The position numbers and the translations under genes were made by a program. Source: Trichoplax adhaerens (lineage: Eukaryota; Animalia; Placozoa). Taken from it: a stretch of 64,000 nt of DNA. Below are positions 13,986-25,917 of this stretch, piece after piece (positions within the stretch are counted from its first letter, which is position 1; each line of letters starts with the position of its first letter). The stretch is taken from NCBI RefSeq assembly GCF_000150275.1, contig NW_002060950.1:2778106-2842105 (forward strand), read 5' to 3'. The notes under the pieces were generated by a model, which was not told the origin of the DNA, made no database searches, and saw only the letters and a program-made list of their open reading frames with translations.

Positions 13986-15202
13986 ATTAATAGTCTGCTA
14001 ACATGCTATTAACCAATTAAAGTTAAAATAGCTGTAATCACAATCTTGATAGCTATAGCACATTGGAGTTTTACAATCGAACGTAGAGTACTTCAACTGA
14101 ACAAATAATGATTAAAGTTAAGTGACCAACATTGAGATGGGCATGATTACGATTGCAATAGTTATTGCCGACTAGAATTCATCAGATCAAGAATTTACAG
14201 TACGTCAGCTTATGTACTGTTCATCATTGCTAAATTTCCAGTATTAGAATGGCTATGGTTACGGTTTAAATAGCTGCATTGCTTTGTATTATATGGTTAA
14301 AAATTTAAGAATTGTCGATTTATCTAGCAATTTATTAGTAATATGGAAAAAATGGATGAGTCAAGTTCAATATCAAGTATTGAAATGACTACCATCGTAG
14401 TTTCTAACATTGATAAGCTAGAATTAAATAGCAAACAAATTCACATCGCTGCATTAACTAATCCATACGAATAGTTCAAAAACAAATAATTAGAGCTATA
14501 CGCCATATCGTAAGAAGACTATCATTGCAGGCTATAACAAGTATGTTATTTACTAGCCTACTTATGCCAAAATTGAGATCATTTATCCCCGCTGATTCAT
14601 TATGAAAAGGGAATCAAGAGATAACCCAACGTTAACTATCGAAGACTAAGTCGACTGTGATCGCTGTTTCTGATAAGTAAAGAATAAATATCGCTACTAC
14701 AGGATATTATTAATTAAGTGACCGAATCCATCGAGAAAAGTTACTAGCTCCACTTACAGGGGTAATATTCTATCAGAACTCTCAGGTAGAAACAGGCGTT
14801 GATGGCAATTTTATGCTTAACAGGATTAGCATTAACTTTTTAACAGTTCCTGTTACGCCCTTTTTCTTCGATAAAATATAGCAATCGTCATGTGAATTTA
14901 ATTTGTTAATTTCACTCGGTCGCCTAATACATAGCATAACGTTCTTGATTACGCTAGCGTTATAATCTCGCTTTGATTCTCAAATCAACAATATTTATAC
15001 TCAAAATATCTACTTCTAGTCTATTAAATTAATCTATAATCTATATTCTACTTTTTTACGGTTTTATATTGTAAGTTTAGTAGAGATAGAATGCATGATG
15101 ATGTGAGAGGGTACAATCATATAGCAATAAGCTTGTAGAGTAAAGATCTAATAAAATAGAAGTGTAAAAGAACTTTTTATTGACTTTTTTTACATCATAC
15201 GC

Positions 15203-15203
<1 letters not shown>

Positions 15204-15239
<36 letters not shown>
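15204..15239. repeat. (TA)n microsatellite
   Basis: About 18 TA units. Confidence 0.95.
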
Positions 15240-15242
<3 letters not shown>

Positions 15243-17358
15243 TATAAGCAGAACTAGCTATCTTACTTTTAATAACGATTTCAAAATTACTTTTCCTCTA
15301 CTGGGTATCCATAATTTGTACACCCTGCATTCGTTATATTAACTACCTATAAAGGTATATATAAATCATGTATGCACTGTTCTAGTGTACATGGCAGTTT
15401 TATTTCCCAAGGGATGTTACAGCAGATCCAGGTCAAAGGTATTACTTCTTGGTGCAAGGATAGCGATGGCTACTAGTGGATAAGCTGTAGCAGAGTATCG
15501 TTGGCAATAGCCTTTAGGGGAGGAAGAAAGATGCCTAGGTAGGCTGTATCAGCAGGTCTTTGTAGTCCTGAGGTCTGATTTACCCAGAGGAAAACAACAT
15601 TTGAAGAATGAACAAAAAACATTTAGCAAATGTATTTGTCAATATGTTGGAAACAAGAGAATAAAAGACTGATTCCTTCCGCAGGGATTTGACTTCGAGA
15701 CTTGATTGTGTATGCGTTGTACTATACAACTATGACAGCTATCGAATTCAACAATAATGGTGAATTAATAAACTGCTTTATCCGCTACAGCTGGAGACGA
15801 TTTATTGACGAGTGTCTCAAAATAGGGATGGAATAGTTCTTGTTGCAGTAGGGTAGTGTTGGGAGACGTAACAACCAAGTTACATCGTAACTAAAACAAG
15901 ACTACGTGATTTTACAGGTGGAGTACCATAAGTTTAGCATTATCATTGAATTTCTAATTACAGTCAAAATCAGAATTGCCCATATGCACTACAATAGAAC
16001 ACTTTGCTAGCATAGTTTTGACGCGATTATCTGTCGTCGATGTTTTTTAGTCTTTATGCTTAACGCGTAAGGACGTGAAGAAAGCTGTTTTTGATCTTAC
16101 AAACATATTGGCTTGCTAATCTAACTAAGACCTCATGACACATTCTAGCTTGGGTGTAATAACTTAACAGGTTCTACACTAGGGTATTTAGAAAATTATT
16201 TTGCGAGAAAATTGGTGAGTCTTCTTGCTGATAATTTATTGTAGATTGTAACAGTTTTGGATTGAAATTGTAGTAAAGCCAATTCTCAAGGTTTGATAAT
16301 AATTTCTACTCACTAAATTATGGAATTGAATTAAATTTAATCATAATCGAATAAACTAAAATTTTGAACAATTCTCCATTTTCTCGATATTTCACTTGAC
16401 ATGCTAACTGGAGAATGATAAATTCGATCATATAATGCATTTCCGGAAGCAAAGCTTGTGAGGATTTCGAATAAATAATCATGAAAGGTTGATTAGCGTA
16501 TTTCACCTCTTTGCCATAGTAGATCTTCAGTACAATCGAATCAAGAGCAACAACACGCGTAGAATGCTACTTAAGTCGTTGTTTTAAATACTTACCGATT
16601 ATGCTAAGGAAGAAGAGTTTTACTCTATCCTAGTAGTTCAAGGATTGACGATGTGACAGTATATATATATAAGTCATTGTATGTATATTGGTGTGGTTCA
16701 TGATATTAGATGTCTTGCTTATGACTTGGTACGCTTTAGATATGAATACCGTTAAGGTATTAGGAATAGATAGTACAAAACGATAATGTTTGAAATACAA
16801 CATCTAGAATCTCTGGATAAGAGTCCAGTTGCAACGGTTGTACCTAGAAGAGTAAGGACACGCGCTCAAATCAAGACTTAACTAAAATCGTTACAGACGG
16901 CATTTTAACGCTACATTCTGTTTATATTTTTATCCACTTCTAGATAGTAAATCGATCGATTACTTATAATTATTCGAGATTATTAAAACCAATTTTAAAT
17001 ATTGAATAACATCGCTTTCCTTTCTAGCAACTTTAGCATCTTATGAAAACGTGGCAATCCTTCCCTTGTTGTACTATTTGCTTTTAGACTGCTTCAGAGA
17101 TTCTATTAGATTGGTAGATTAATAATAGCTGAAATTACTGGAGTAATCAAAGCCAATCTTTACTGAGATCAATATTCTTGCTATTCTATTGGATACTGGA
17201 AATTCCTTGGGAGTACTTGGCAAGTACATTAACGTTGATTAACTTTATTAATTTAATTGGTAGGCGTAGATTGGTATTGCATTATACGTTACCTCTACAC
17301 TGGTTAAAAATCGTTCCAAATAAGAGAGAAATTACATTCTGCAACTTAAGCTATTGCC

Positions 17359-18081
17359 ATGGGTTTAACGTATGAAGATTATATTGTTTTGGGGAATACT
17401 AACGCTGAAGATTGGGCAAATTATTGGGCCGAAGGTGATACAACCTGGGTAAGCGACAAGTGTAATCCTTATTTAATCAAATATTATCAATCTTATTTGG
17501 CTTGCGATCAACCATCGACAATTTTCGTACCATTATGCGGTAAAACACAAGATATGCTTTGGTTAGCTAGAAATGGTAATCGAGTCATTGGTGTTGAAAT
17601 GGTGCCACAGCCATGCATTGATTTTTTTAACGAAAATAACATTGAATATCATGTTGAAAAGCTGCAAGGTATGGGTAACAGCAAAGTATATCGAAGCCAA
17701 GCCGAAGGGTTAGACATTACTATTTACAATTGCGATTTCTATGAATTGACAGCGGAGTTATTAGGTTGTCAATGCGATCGCTTTTGGGATCGTGCTGCTT
17801 TTTTTGCCATTAACCCGGATCAGCATCCCAAATATATTAAACAATTGATGTCACTGTTGACTCCTGATGCACAAGGAATATTATTTACGGTGGAATACGA
17901 TATCGATCAACGTCCTGATGTATCGTCGCCATTTTGTATACCTGAGAGTCGATTGTCTGAAATCTTATCACCCATTGCAAGTGTGAAATTTTTAGAATTG
18001 ATAAGTATGCCTCGATCTTGGTATGGCCACTTGAGTTTAAATTCTATGGATGGTAAATTTTACTATCTGAAACTTAAATAA
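17359..18081 (+). CDS. TPMT: Thiopurine S-methyltransferase family SAM-dependent methyltransferase, copy 1 (divergent), intronless CDS
   Basis: 240 aa ORF with IFVPLCGKTQDMLWLARNGNRVIGVE, IYNCDFYEL and WDRAAFFAI motifs. Confidence 0.92.
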   Translation: MGLTYEDYIVLGNTNAEDWANYWAEGDTTWVSDKCNPYLIKYYQSYLACDQPSTIFVPLCGKTQDMLWLARNGNRVIGVEMVPQPCIDFFNENNIEYHVEKLQGMGNSKVYRSQAEGLDITIYNCDFYELTAELLGCQCDRFWDRAAFFAINPDQHPKYIKQLMSLLTPDAQGILFTVEYDIDQRPDVSSPFCIPESRLSEILSPIASVKFLELISMPRSWYGHLSLNSMDGKFYYLKLK

Positions 18082-19307
18082 TCGAGTGACGATAAAAAAA
18101 TTCATTTGGGCGGTGTTTATCATTATTTTATCGTATTGGCTAAGAAGTAATATCAACCATAATGCTTGCTGTTCTTGATTTCAATTTGATTATACTAAAG
18201 TATAAAATAGTCCACTAGTCATTCAAGAAGTTGGTGACGATAGCGCTGATAGAATTGAGTAACAAGAACTTGTCCATAGCCATGAGAGTTATGGTTACCT
18301 TAGGGATTCATTTAAGTAAAATTGTGTAAACGACTTTGCTACACTCTTAATGGCTACCTGCAATCACGTATAAGCAAGATCGCATTTATTTAAACATTTC
18401 CAACTGGCAAACTATTCCTCTCTAATTTACTATGCTGATGATGCTAACTAAATATAACATATTATGGTTATTGTTAAACAGACTACCAGCTTACTTACCT
18501 GTAATACTCACTAAAATACTGTCCTTCTTCCTCTTACCCATTAAATATTCTTCCTTGGATTTCCAGTTTAGTAGTGTTCATTACCTACAATAAAAAGGGT
18601 TGCGAAGTATTTGATAAAATGAAAACAGTACAACCTGTAGCAGATCACTGTCTCCATATCTGTTTTTCCTTTTCTCAATCTTCTATCTTATATATCTACG
18701 TTATTCATATCGAATTCAAATAAATAACTCATAAACATAATCTATCATCACTTCACTAGTACATTCATAATCATACATAATTTCCATTATCACCTAATAA
18801 TAGTTATTCTCACATTTATTTACCATGTCTAGTTACAAATAATTTAATAAAATTATTGACTCCATCACAGATATGGAATGACTACACTACATTACCTAAG
18901 ATGATGAATTATTGATTATCATAAGTCTTGTAGTCCTTAGCTGTTTATTATGTAGGATTCAATCGTATGTGAACATTGCAATTTTTGGTGCATCTTATCG
19001 GTTATTTTATTATAAATTCATTTAATATATTTTAGTTTCGAGCGTACTAATACATTTTTTTTAACTAATATTATAAGACTTAAATGACTCGTACAGATAA
19101 TTAATTATTGAATATTTAAAGACCGTGATGTTATGAACTAAGGTATATCTATCTATTTATATTTTTACGTATAGTAAAACTATAGTAGTGGTTTCAACTA
19201 ACATCTTACAGTAATCCATTCTTACCTTATGATGTCAAGTTCATTAATGTTCTCACTTGAAACTCATGCTTTATCTCATTAAATCTATATCTATATATAT
19301 CTATATC

Positions 19308-19663
19308 TACATATATTAATTAATTAGTAATCTCTAGTACCACAATTGCCAATTGATCTACTTAAGTCAAATTTGAGTCATAAAACACATTCATGACACT
19401 GCAGCATTGGATTGAAGTCATTTAAGTAGTGTACTACTACTACCAATGACTAGATTTACTTAGTACATATATATTAATTAATTAGTAATCTCCAGTATTA
19501 CAATTACCAATTGATCTGCTCAAGTCAAATTTGAGTCAAAACACATTCATGCCTCTCCAGCATTAAATTAAAGGCATTTAGGTAGTGTACTATTATCAAT
19601 GACTAGATTTACTTAGTAATTTCTAGTACCGTTATTTAGTCTACTCAAGCTAAATTGGAGTCA
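19308..19663. repeat. ~157 bp tandem repeat, ~2.3 diverged copies
   Basis: tacatatattaattaattagtaatctc.agta..acaatt.ccaattgatct..t.aagtcaaatttgagtca recurs at 19308 and 19464, with a partial copy from ~19613. Confidence 0.85.
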
Positions 19664-19905
19664 TTTCTATGAATAAAATCGGTTCATATTAGGCTCGCTA
19701 CAGTAGAAGAATCTGTTTGTATTCTTCACTCCATTCTCAATTTATCTTGCATGCACTGATAAAGACATTCTCTACAGTAAACTACTTCTGCAGAACTTGT
19801 TACTTATAAGATTCTGCTCTATTTGCTAGCTGAAATACGTTGTCAAGGTTACTATTTCTCCTGTGGTAATCATACTCTTTATTACACGAGTAATTCAAAA
19901 AATAT

Positions 19906-20084
19906 GTCCACCTTCCTACAGTCCAATACAATACAATATTCCTATACAAAGTCTCGTCGTTCTCATATGTAAATAACATAATCATAGGATAGACTTAGTC
20001 CATCTTCCTATAGTCCAATGCAATACAATATTCCAGTAGAAAATCTCGTCCTCATCCGTAAATAACATAATAAAGGATAGATTT
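19906..20084. repeat. ~92 bp tandem duplication just upstream of TPMT copy 2
   Basis: gtcca.cttccta.agtccaat.caatacaatattcc...gtaaataacataat...aggataga at 19906 and 19998. Confidence 0.85.
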
Positions 20085-20138
20085 GGAGATTCTGGTAGAG
20101 TGATCACGAATATTATTCAATCATTAAAGTATCGCTGG

Positions 20139-20894
20139 ATGATGAGTCAAAATCGCCAGTTGCAGGAGTTATATTATGAAGATTATATGCAGAAGGGCCG
20201 TTGTCGCCATCAAGATTGGTCACAACGCTGGCAGAATAAAATAATAGGGTGGCATTTGTCACAAGTGAATCCCTATCTAAATGAAAATTATCAAGTTTAC
20301 TTGAAAAATAATGATAATCCCCATTCGTCGATATTTGTACCCCTATGTGGTAAAAGTCTTGATATGATTTGGCTTGCTCAGAAAGGTCATCAAGTGGTAG
20401 GCGTTGAAGTAGTCGAGCAACCTTGTCATGATTTCTTCAAAGAGAATGAGATTACATACAAAGTCCAAGATTTACAGGGCGTAGAGGGGAAAATATTAAC
20501 CAGTCAAGATCCTAAAATAAATATTACAATATACAATTGTGATTATTTTGCTTTGACATCTAGCTTATTAGGCTTTCGATTTGATAGTGTTTGGGATCGT
20601 GCCGCTTTTGTTGCTATCAGTCCAGATTTACACAGTAATTATGCCAAACACTTAGCTTCCTTAATGGCTCCTTCTGGTCGTGGATTATTAATCGCTGTAG
20701 ATTATGATATTAATGAACATATTCATCCTGGACCGCCATTTTATACTCCTGATACTCTTGTACATTCTATTTTTTCACCATTTACATCTGTACAAAGGTT
20801 ATCGTCGTTTCTGTTAACAGGTAAAAGGGTTGAGCATTTCAAACTATCGTATGTTTATGAAAATGTATACTATTTTAAATTCAATGAAGGCTAA
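20139..20894 (+). CDS. TPMT: TPMT family methyltransferase, copy 2, intronless CDS (ATG at 20139 or 20142, not the GTG at 20100)
   Basis: WSQRWQ..GWH...VNPYL, IFVPLCGKSLDMIWLAQKGHQVVGVE, WDRAAFVAI, HPGPPF. Confidence 0.94.
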   Translation: MMSQNRQLQELYYEDYMQKGRCRHQDWSQRWQNKIIGWHLSQVNPYLNENYQVYLKNNDNPHSSIFVPLCGKSLDMIWLAQKGHQVVGVEVVEQPCHDFFKENEITYKVQDLQGVEGKILTSQDPKINITIYNCDYFALTSSLLGFRFDSVWDRAAFVAISPDLHSNYAKHLASLMAPSGRGLLIAVDYDINEHIHPGPPFYTPDTLVHSIFSPFTSVQRLSSFLLTGKRVEHFKLSYVYENVYYFKFNEG

Positions 20895-22410
20895 ATATTA
20901 AACTGGTCACCATTGAACAGCACTGGAGAAACCTAGTTTTATTGTAAATAGATGTCTAAGGGTATGTAGATATTTATCAAACAATCATGGACTACGATTT
21001 AATGATCATTTTTATAATCTATGATTATACGGTTATACGTATATATACAAGGCGAATGATATTAATCATTAGATTATTCGATTGTCCATTTAAGGATACT
21101 ACTATGAAATGGCTTGATTGATGATTTCATCGCAATGAGTTGAGTTGGTTAACACGATGTTAGCAGCGTATTTCTTGATTATTACTGCTTGCTTATTGCG
21201 ATAGAAATAAAATAAATTCTACCGTCACAAGGTCGCAATCAAGTCTGCTCTTAATGTGAAGTGTACCTCAATAATGGCTTTTATAGATTTATATAATAAG
21301 GCAGCACACAGATTTACTGTGTATACTTGATCGATTGAACATACGGGGTCAAGATATTACAAAAAATGAAATAAAAAATTGGCAGTCTCCATGATTAAAG
21401 GTATCATTCTCACGATCGTGATGCCATTGAAATTGCTAGCTAGATGGTATCTAGCACGTAACTTTTAAATTGACATTGAAGCCATCGAGATACGGCAAAA
21501 TCCCTCTTCCAAAATGCGATATTCGTCTTTCTCTCTTTGTGGTCAAAATAAGTCAAAGTACAGTATGAATAATCTTACTGTTTAGATCGCATTGCTGGGC
21601 TAGTACAGTATTTGCCATCACTTTCTGTTATAAGTCGCCATTGGTATCGACGTCTTTAAAATGCTGTTGTATGGATAGTAGGACACGTTGTCGTGGATTC
21701 CTGGTTTGAATTACTATCACAGCACCTGTTGCATTGGAAACATGCCTTCTTCCTCCTTCATTCCCTATTTCATCAGTAAAAATGCTTACGATTCATTAAG
21801 GAATAAATTATATAATTATCAGATAAGGGTAAGCCTGCAAGTCATAAAAGGCGAATCTGCTTCTTATGACTTGTTGCGGATAAACAAGAAAATGACAAAA
21901 CTATCCGCTGATAGTCTAGAGATTTCCGCTAGCTTTCTTATGCTGTTCTTACTGTAGTCATAGATGATATCAAATACCGTACAAAAATACTAAAAAATGC
22001 TATATCATTATTTGAGTAGTCCCTGCTAAATCGAGAACTTCTGTGATGCGGTAGCAGTTGTCTATCTCTGTTGCATTGTCTTACAATGCTGAGTAAGTAG
22101 AATTCTAGTCTGCAATGTCTGTATCCAAGGCAAGATAGACAAGAAATGATCATCGTTCAGCCTAGTAGATTGTAGTACTATTGATACCAATGAAATATCG
22201 AATTTCCAGATGCTTGATCTCGTTGCATAACAGCCATCTTATTTCACCTCTTTTACTGGTCATTTGAACTATCGTATCACGGATATCATAGACTATACTG
22301 CAGACCCAAACATTTCCCTATGATACATCCAAATATGCCGCTGAAATGTCACTATGCCATCATTATACTTGTCTAAGCAAATATACCAGGTTTAAACGGA
22401 ATACATTAAG

Positions 22411-25400
22411 ATTTTGCTAAGAATTGGAAGATATGTTTGTACAAATGCATTGAAGATATATTGCCGTTTCAGCGGTATTTATGGATATGTCATAGGGAAT
22501 TGGCTAGATCTAATGGACTATCGGTAAATGTTATTGAATTTTAGCATCGTCACTTACTATATTATTCTATACTCTACCCTTTACACCGAAAATCTTGATT
22601 GAATTGGAAGATGTGCTTAGACAAATGCATGAAAGATATATTACCGTTTTAGCGGCATTTCTGGATATGTCATAGTTATTGAATTTTAGTATCGTCCTTT
22701 ACTATATTATTCTATACTCCGCCGTTTACACCGAAAATATCGATTGATTTCGCTAAGAATTGGAGGATATGTTTGTACAAATGCATTGAAGATATATTGC
22801 CGTTTCAGCGGCATTTATGGATATGTCGTAGGGAAATGACTAGATCGAATGACCTACTAGTAAACGTTATTGAATTTTAACATCGCCACCTACTACATTA
22901 TTCTATACTCTACCCTTTACCTCGAAAATCTTGATTGAATTGGCAGATATGTTTAGACAAATGCACGAAAGATATATTGTCGTTTCAGCGGCATTTCTGG
23001 ATATGTCGTAGGGAAATGACTAGATCGAATGAACAACTAGTAAACGTTATTAAATTTTAGCATCGCCACCTACTACATTATTCTATACTCTACCCTTTAC
23101 CTCGAAAATCTTGATTGAATTGGAAGATGTGCTTAGACAAATGCACGAAAGATATATTGCCGTTTCAGCGGCATTTCTGGATATGTCATAGGGAAATGAC
23201 TAGATCGAATAAACTACTAGTAAACGTTATTGAATTTTAGCATCGCCACCTACTACATTATTCTATACTCTACCCTTTACTCCGAAAATCTTGATTGAAT
23301 TGGAAGATGTGTTTAGACAAATGCACGAAAGATATATTGCCGTTTTAGCGGCATTTATGGATATGTCGTAGGGAAATGACTAGATCGAATGAACTACTAG
23401 TAAACATTATTGAATTTTAGCATCCTCCCTTACTATATTATTCCATACTCCGCCGTTTACACCGAAAATATCGATTGATTTCGCTAAGAATTGGAGGATA
23501 TGTTTGTACAAATGCATTGAAGATATATTGCCGTTTCAGCGGCATTTATGGATATGTCATAGGGAAATGACTAGATCGAATGACCTACTAGTAAACGTTA
23601 TTGAATTTTAACATCGCCACCTACTACATTATTCTATACTCTACCCTTTACTCAGAAAATCTTGATTGAATTGGAAGATATGTTTAGACAAATGCACGAA
23701 AGATATATTGCCGTTTCAGCGGCATTTCTGGATATGTCGTAGGGAAATGACTAGATCGAATGAACTACTAGTAAACGTTATTGAATTTTAGCATCGCCAC
23801 CTACTACATTATTCTATACTCTACCCTTTACCTCGAAAATCTTGATTGAATAGGAAGATGTACTTAGACAAATGCATGAAAGATATATTACCGTTTTAGC
23901 GGCATTTCTGGATATGTCATAGGGAATGACTAGATCTAATGAATTACTAGTAAACATTATTGAATTTTAGCATCCTCCCTTACTATATTATTCCATACTC
24001 CGCCGTTTACACCGAAAATATCGATTGATTTCGCTAAGAATTGGAGGATATGTTTGTACAAATGCATTAAAGATATATTGCCGTTTCAGCGACATTTAAG
24101 GATATGTCGTAGGGAAATGACTAGATCGAATGAACTACTAGTAAACGTTATTGAACTTTAACATCACCACCTACTACATTATTCTATACTTCACCCTTTA
24201 CTCCGAAAATCTTGATTGAATTGGAAGATGTGTTTAGACAAATGCATGAAAGATATATTACCGTTTCAGCGGTATTTATGGATATGTCGTAGGGAAATGA
24301 CTAGATCGAATGAACTACTAGTAAACGTTATTGAATTTTAGCATCGCCACCTACTACATAATTGTATACTCTACCCTTTACCTCGAAAATCTTGATTGAA
24401 TTGGAAGATGTGTTTAGACAAATGCACGAAAGATATATTACCGTTTCAGCGGCATTTCTGGATATGTCATAGGGAAATGACTAGATCGAATGAACTACTA
24501 GTAAACGTTATTGAACTTTAACATCGCCACCTACTACATTATTCTATACTCTACCCTTTACTCCGAAAATCTTGATTGAATTGGAAGATATGTTTAGACA
24601 AATGCACGAAAGATATATTGCCGTTTCAGCGGCATTTCTGGATATGTCGTAGGGAAATGACTAGATCGAATGAACTACTAGTAAACGTTATTGAATTTTA
24701 GCATCGCCACCTACTACATTATTCTATACTCTACCCTTTACCTCGAAAATCTTGATTGAATAGGAAGATGTGCTTAGACAAATGCATTAAAGATATATTA
24801 CCGTTTTAGCGGCATTTCTGGATATGTCATAGGGAATGACTAGATCTAATGAATTACTAGTAAACATTATTGAATTTTAGCATCCTCCCTTACTATATTA
24901 TTCCATACTCCGCCGTGTACACCGAAAATATCGATTGATTTCGCTAAGAATTGGAGGATACGTTTGTACAAATGCATTAAAGATATATTACCGTTTCAGC
25001 GGCATTTAAGGATATGTCATAGGGAATGACTAGATCTAATGAATTACTAGTAAACATTATTGAATTTTAGCATCCTCCCTTACTATATTATTCCATACTC
25101 CGCCGTGTACACCGAAAATATCGATTGATTTCGCTAAGAATTGGAAGATATGTTTGTACAAATGCATTAAAGATATATTGCCGTTTCAGCGGCATTTAAG
25201 GATATGCCGTAGGGAAGTGACTAGATCGAATGAACTACTAGTAAACGTAATTGAATTTTAATATCGCCACCTACTACATTATTCTATACTTCACCCTTTA
25301 CTCCGAAAATCTTGATTGAATTGGAAGATGTGTTTAGACAAATGCATAAAAGATATATTACCGTTTCAGCGGTATTTATGGATATGTCGTAGGGAAATGA

Positions 25401-25650
25401 CTAGATCGAATGAACTACTAGTAAACGTTATTGAATTTTAGCATCGCCACCTACTACATAATTGTATACTCTACCCTTTACCTCGAAAATCTTGATTGAA
25501 TTGGAAGATGTGTTTAGACAAATGCACGAAAGATATATTGCCGTTTCAGCGGCATTTCTGGATATGTCGTAGGGAAATGACTAGATCGAATGAACTACTA
25601 GTAAACGTTATTGAATTTTAGCATCGTCACTTGCTATATTAGTCTACCCT
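22411..25650. repeat. Satellite-like tandem array, ~18 monomers of 180/190 bp
   Basis: Monomer starts (gaattggaagat and variants) at 22421, 22601, 22757, 22937, 23117, 23297, 23488, 23668, 23848, 24038, 24218, 24398, 24578, 24758, 24948, 25138, 25318, 25498. Confidence 0.97.
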
Positions 25651-25917
25651 TTTTTACTGTAGCAGCAATAAGCGGCTATGGGCCAGTACTGTACAGTACT
25701 AGGAACTTATGAGACAAATACGCCCTTAGAAATCCCTAACCGGACTACACTAACCATACGGTACAGTAGAGGCAAATTCTTCATCCGATTATATTATATA
25801 ATATAAGCCTATATTGTATTATACTGTATAAAGTAAAGTACCCTCTATTATGGACCATAACAACCACCAAAGAGACAAAAGGTTGAACATCGCCATTTCT
25901 TAATTTGCATCATTTGT

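Noticed and set aside
15400-16100. Slightly GC-richer stretch that might be a gene relic
   Set aside because: No sustained ORF, recognisable motif or splice pattern that I can support.
20100-20138. GTG start for TPMT copy 2
   Set aside because: Eukaryotic gene; ATG at 20139/20142 aligns with the paralogue's start.
22421-25650. 180 bp satellite as a coding repeat (ELEDVFRQMHERYIAVSAAFLDMS)
   Set aside because: In-frame stop in each monomer, frame-breaking 190/191 bp variants, and no ORF of 60 aa or more in the track.
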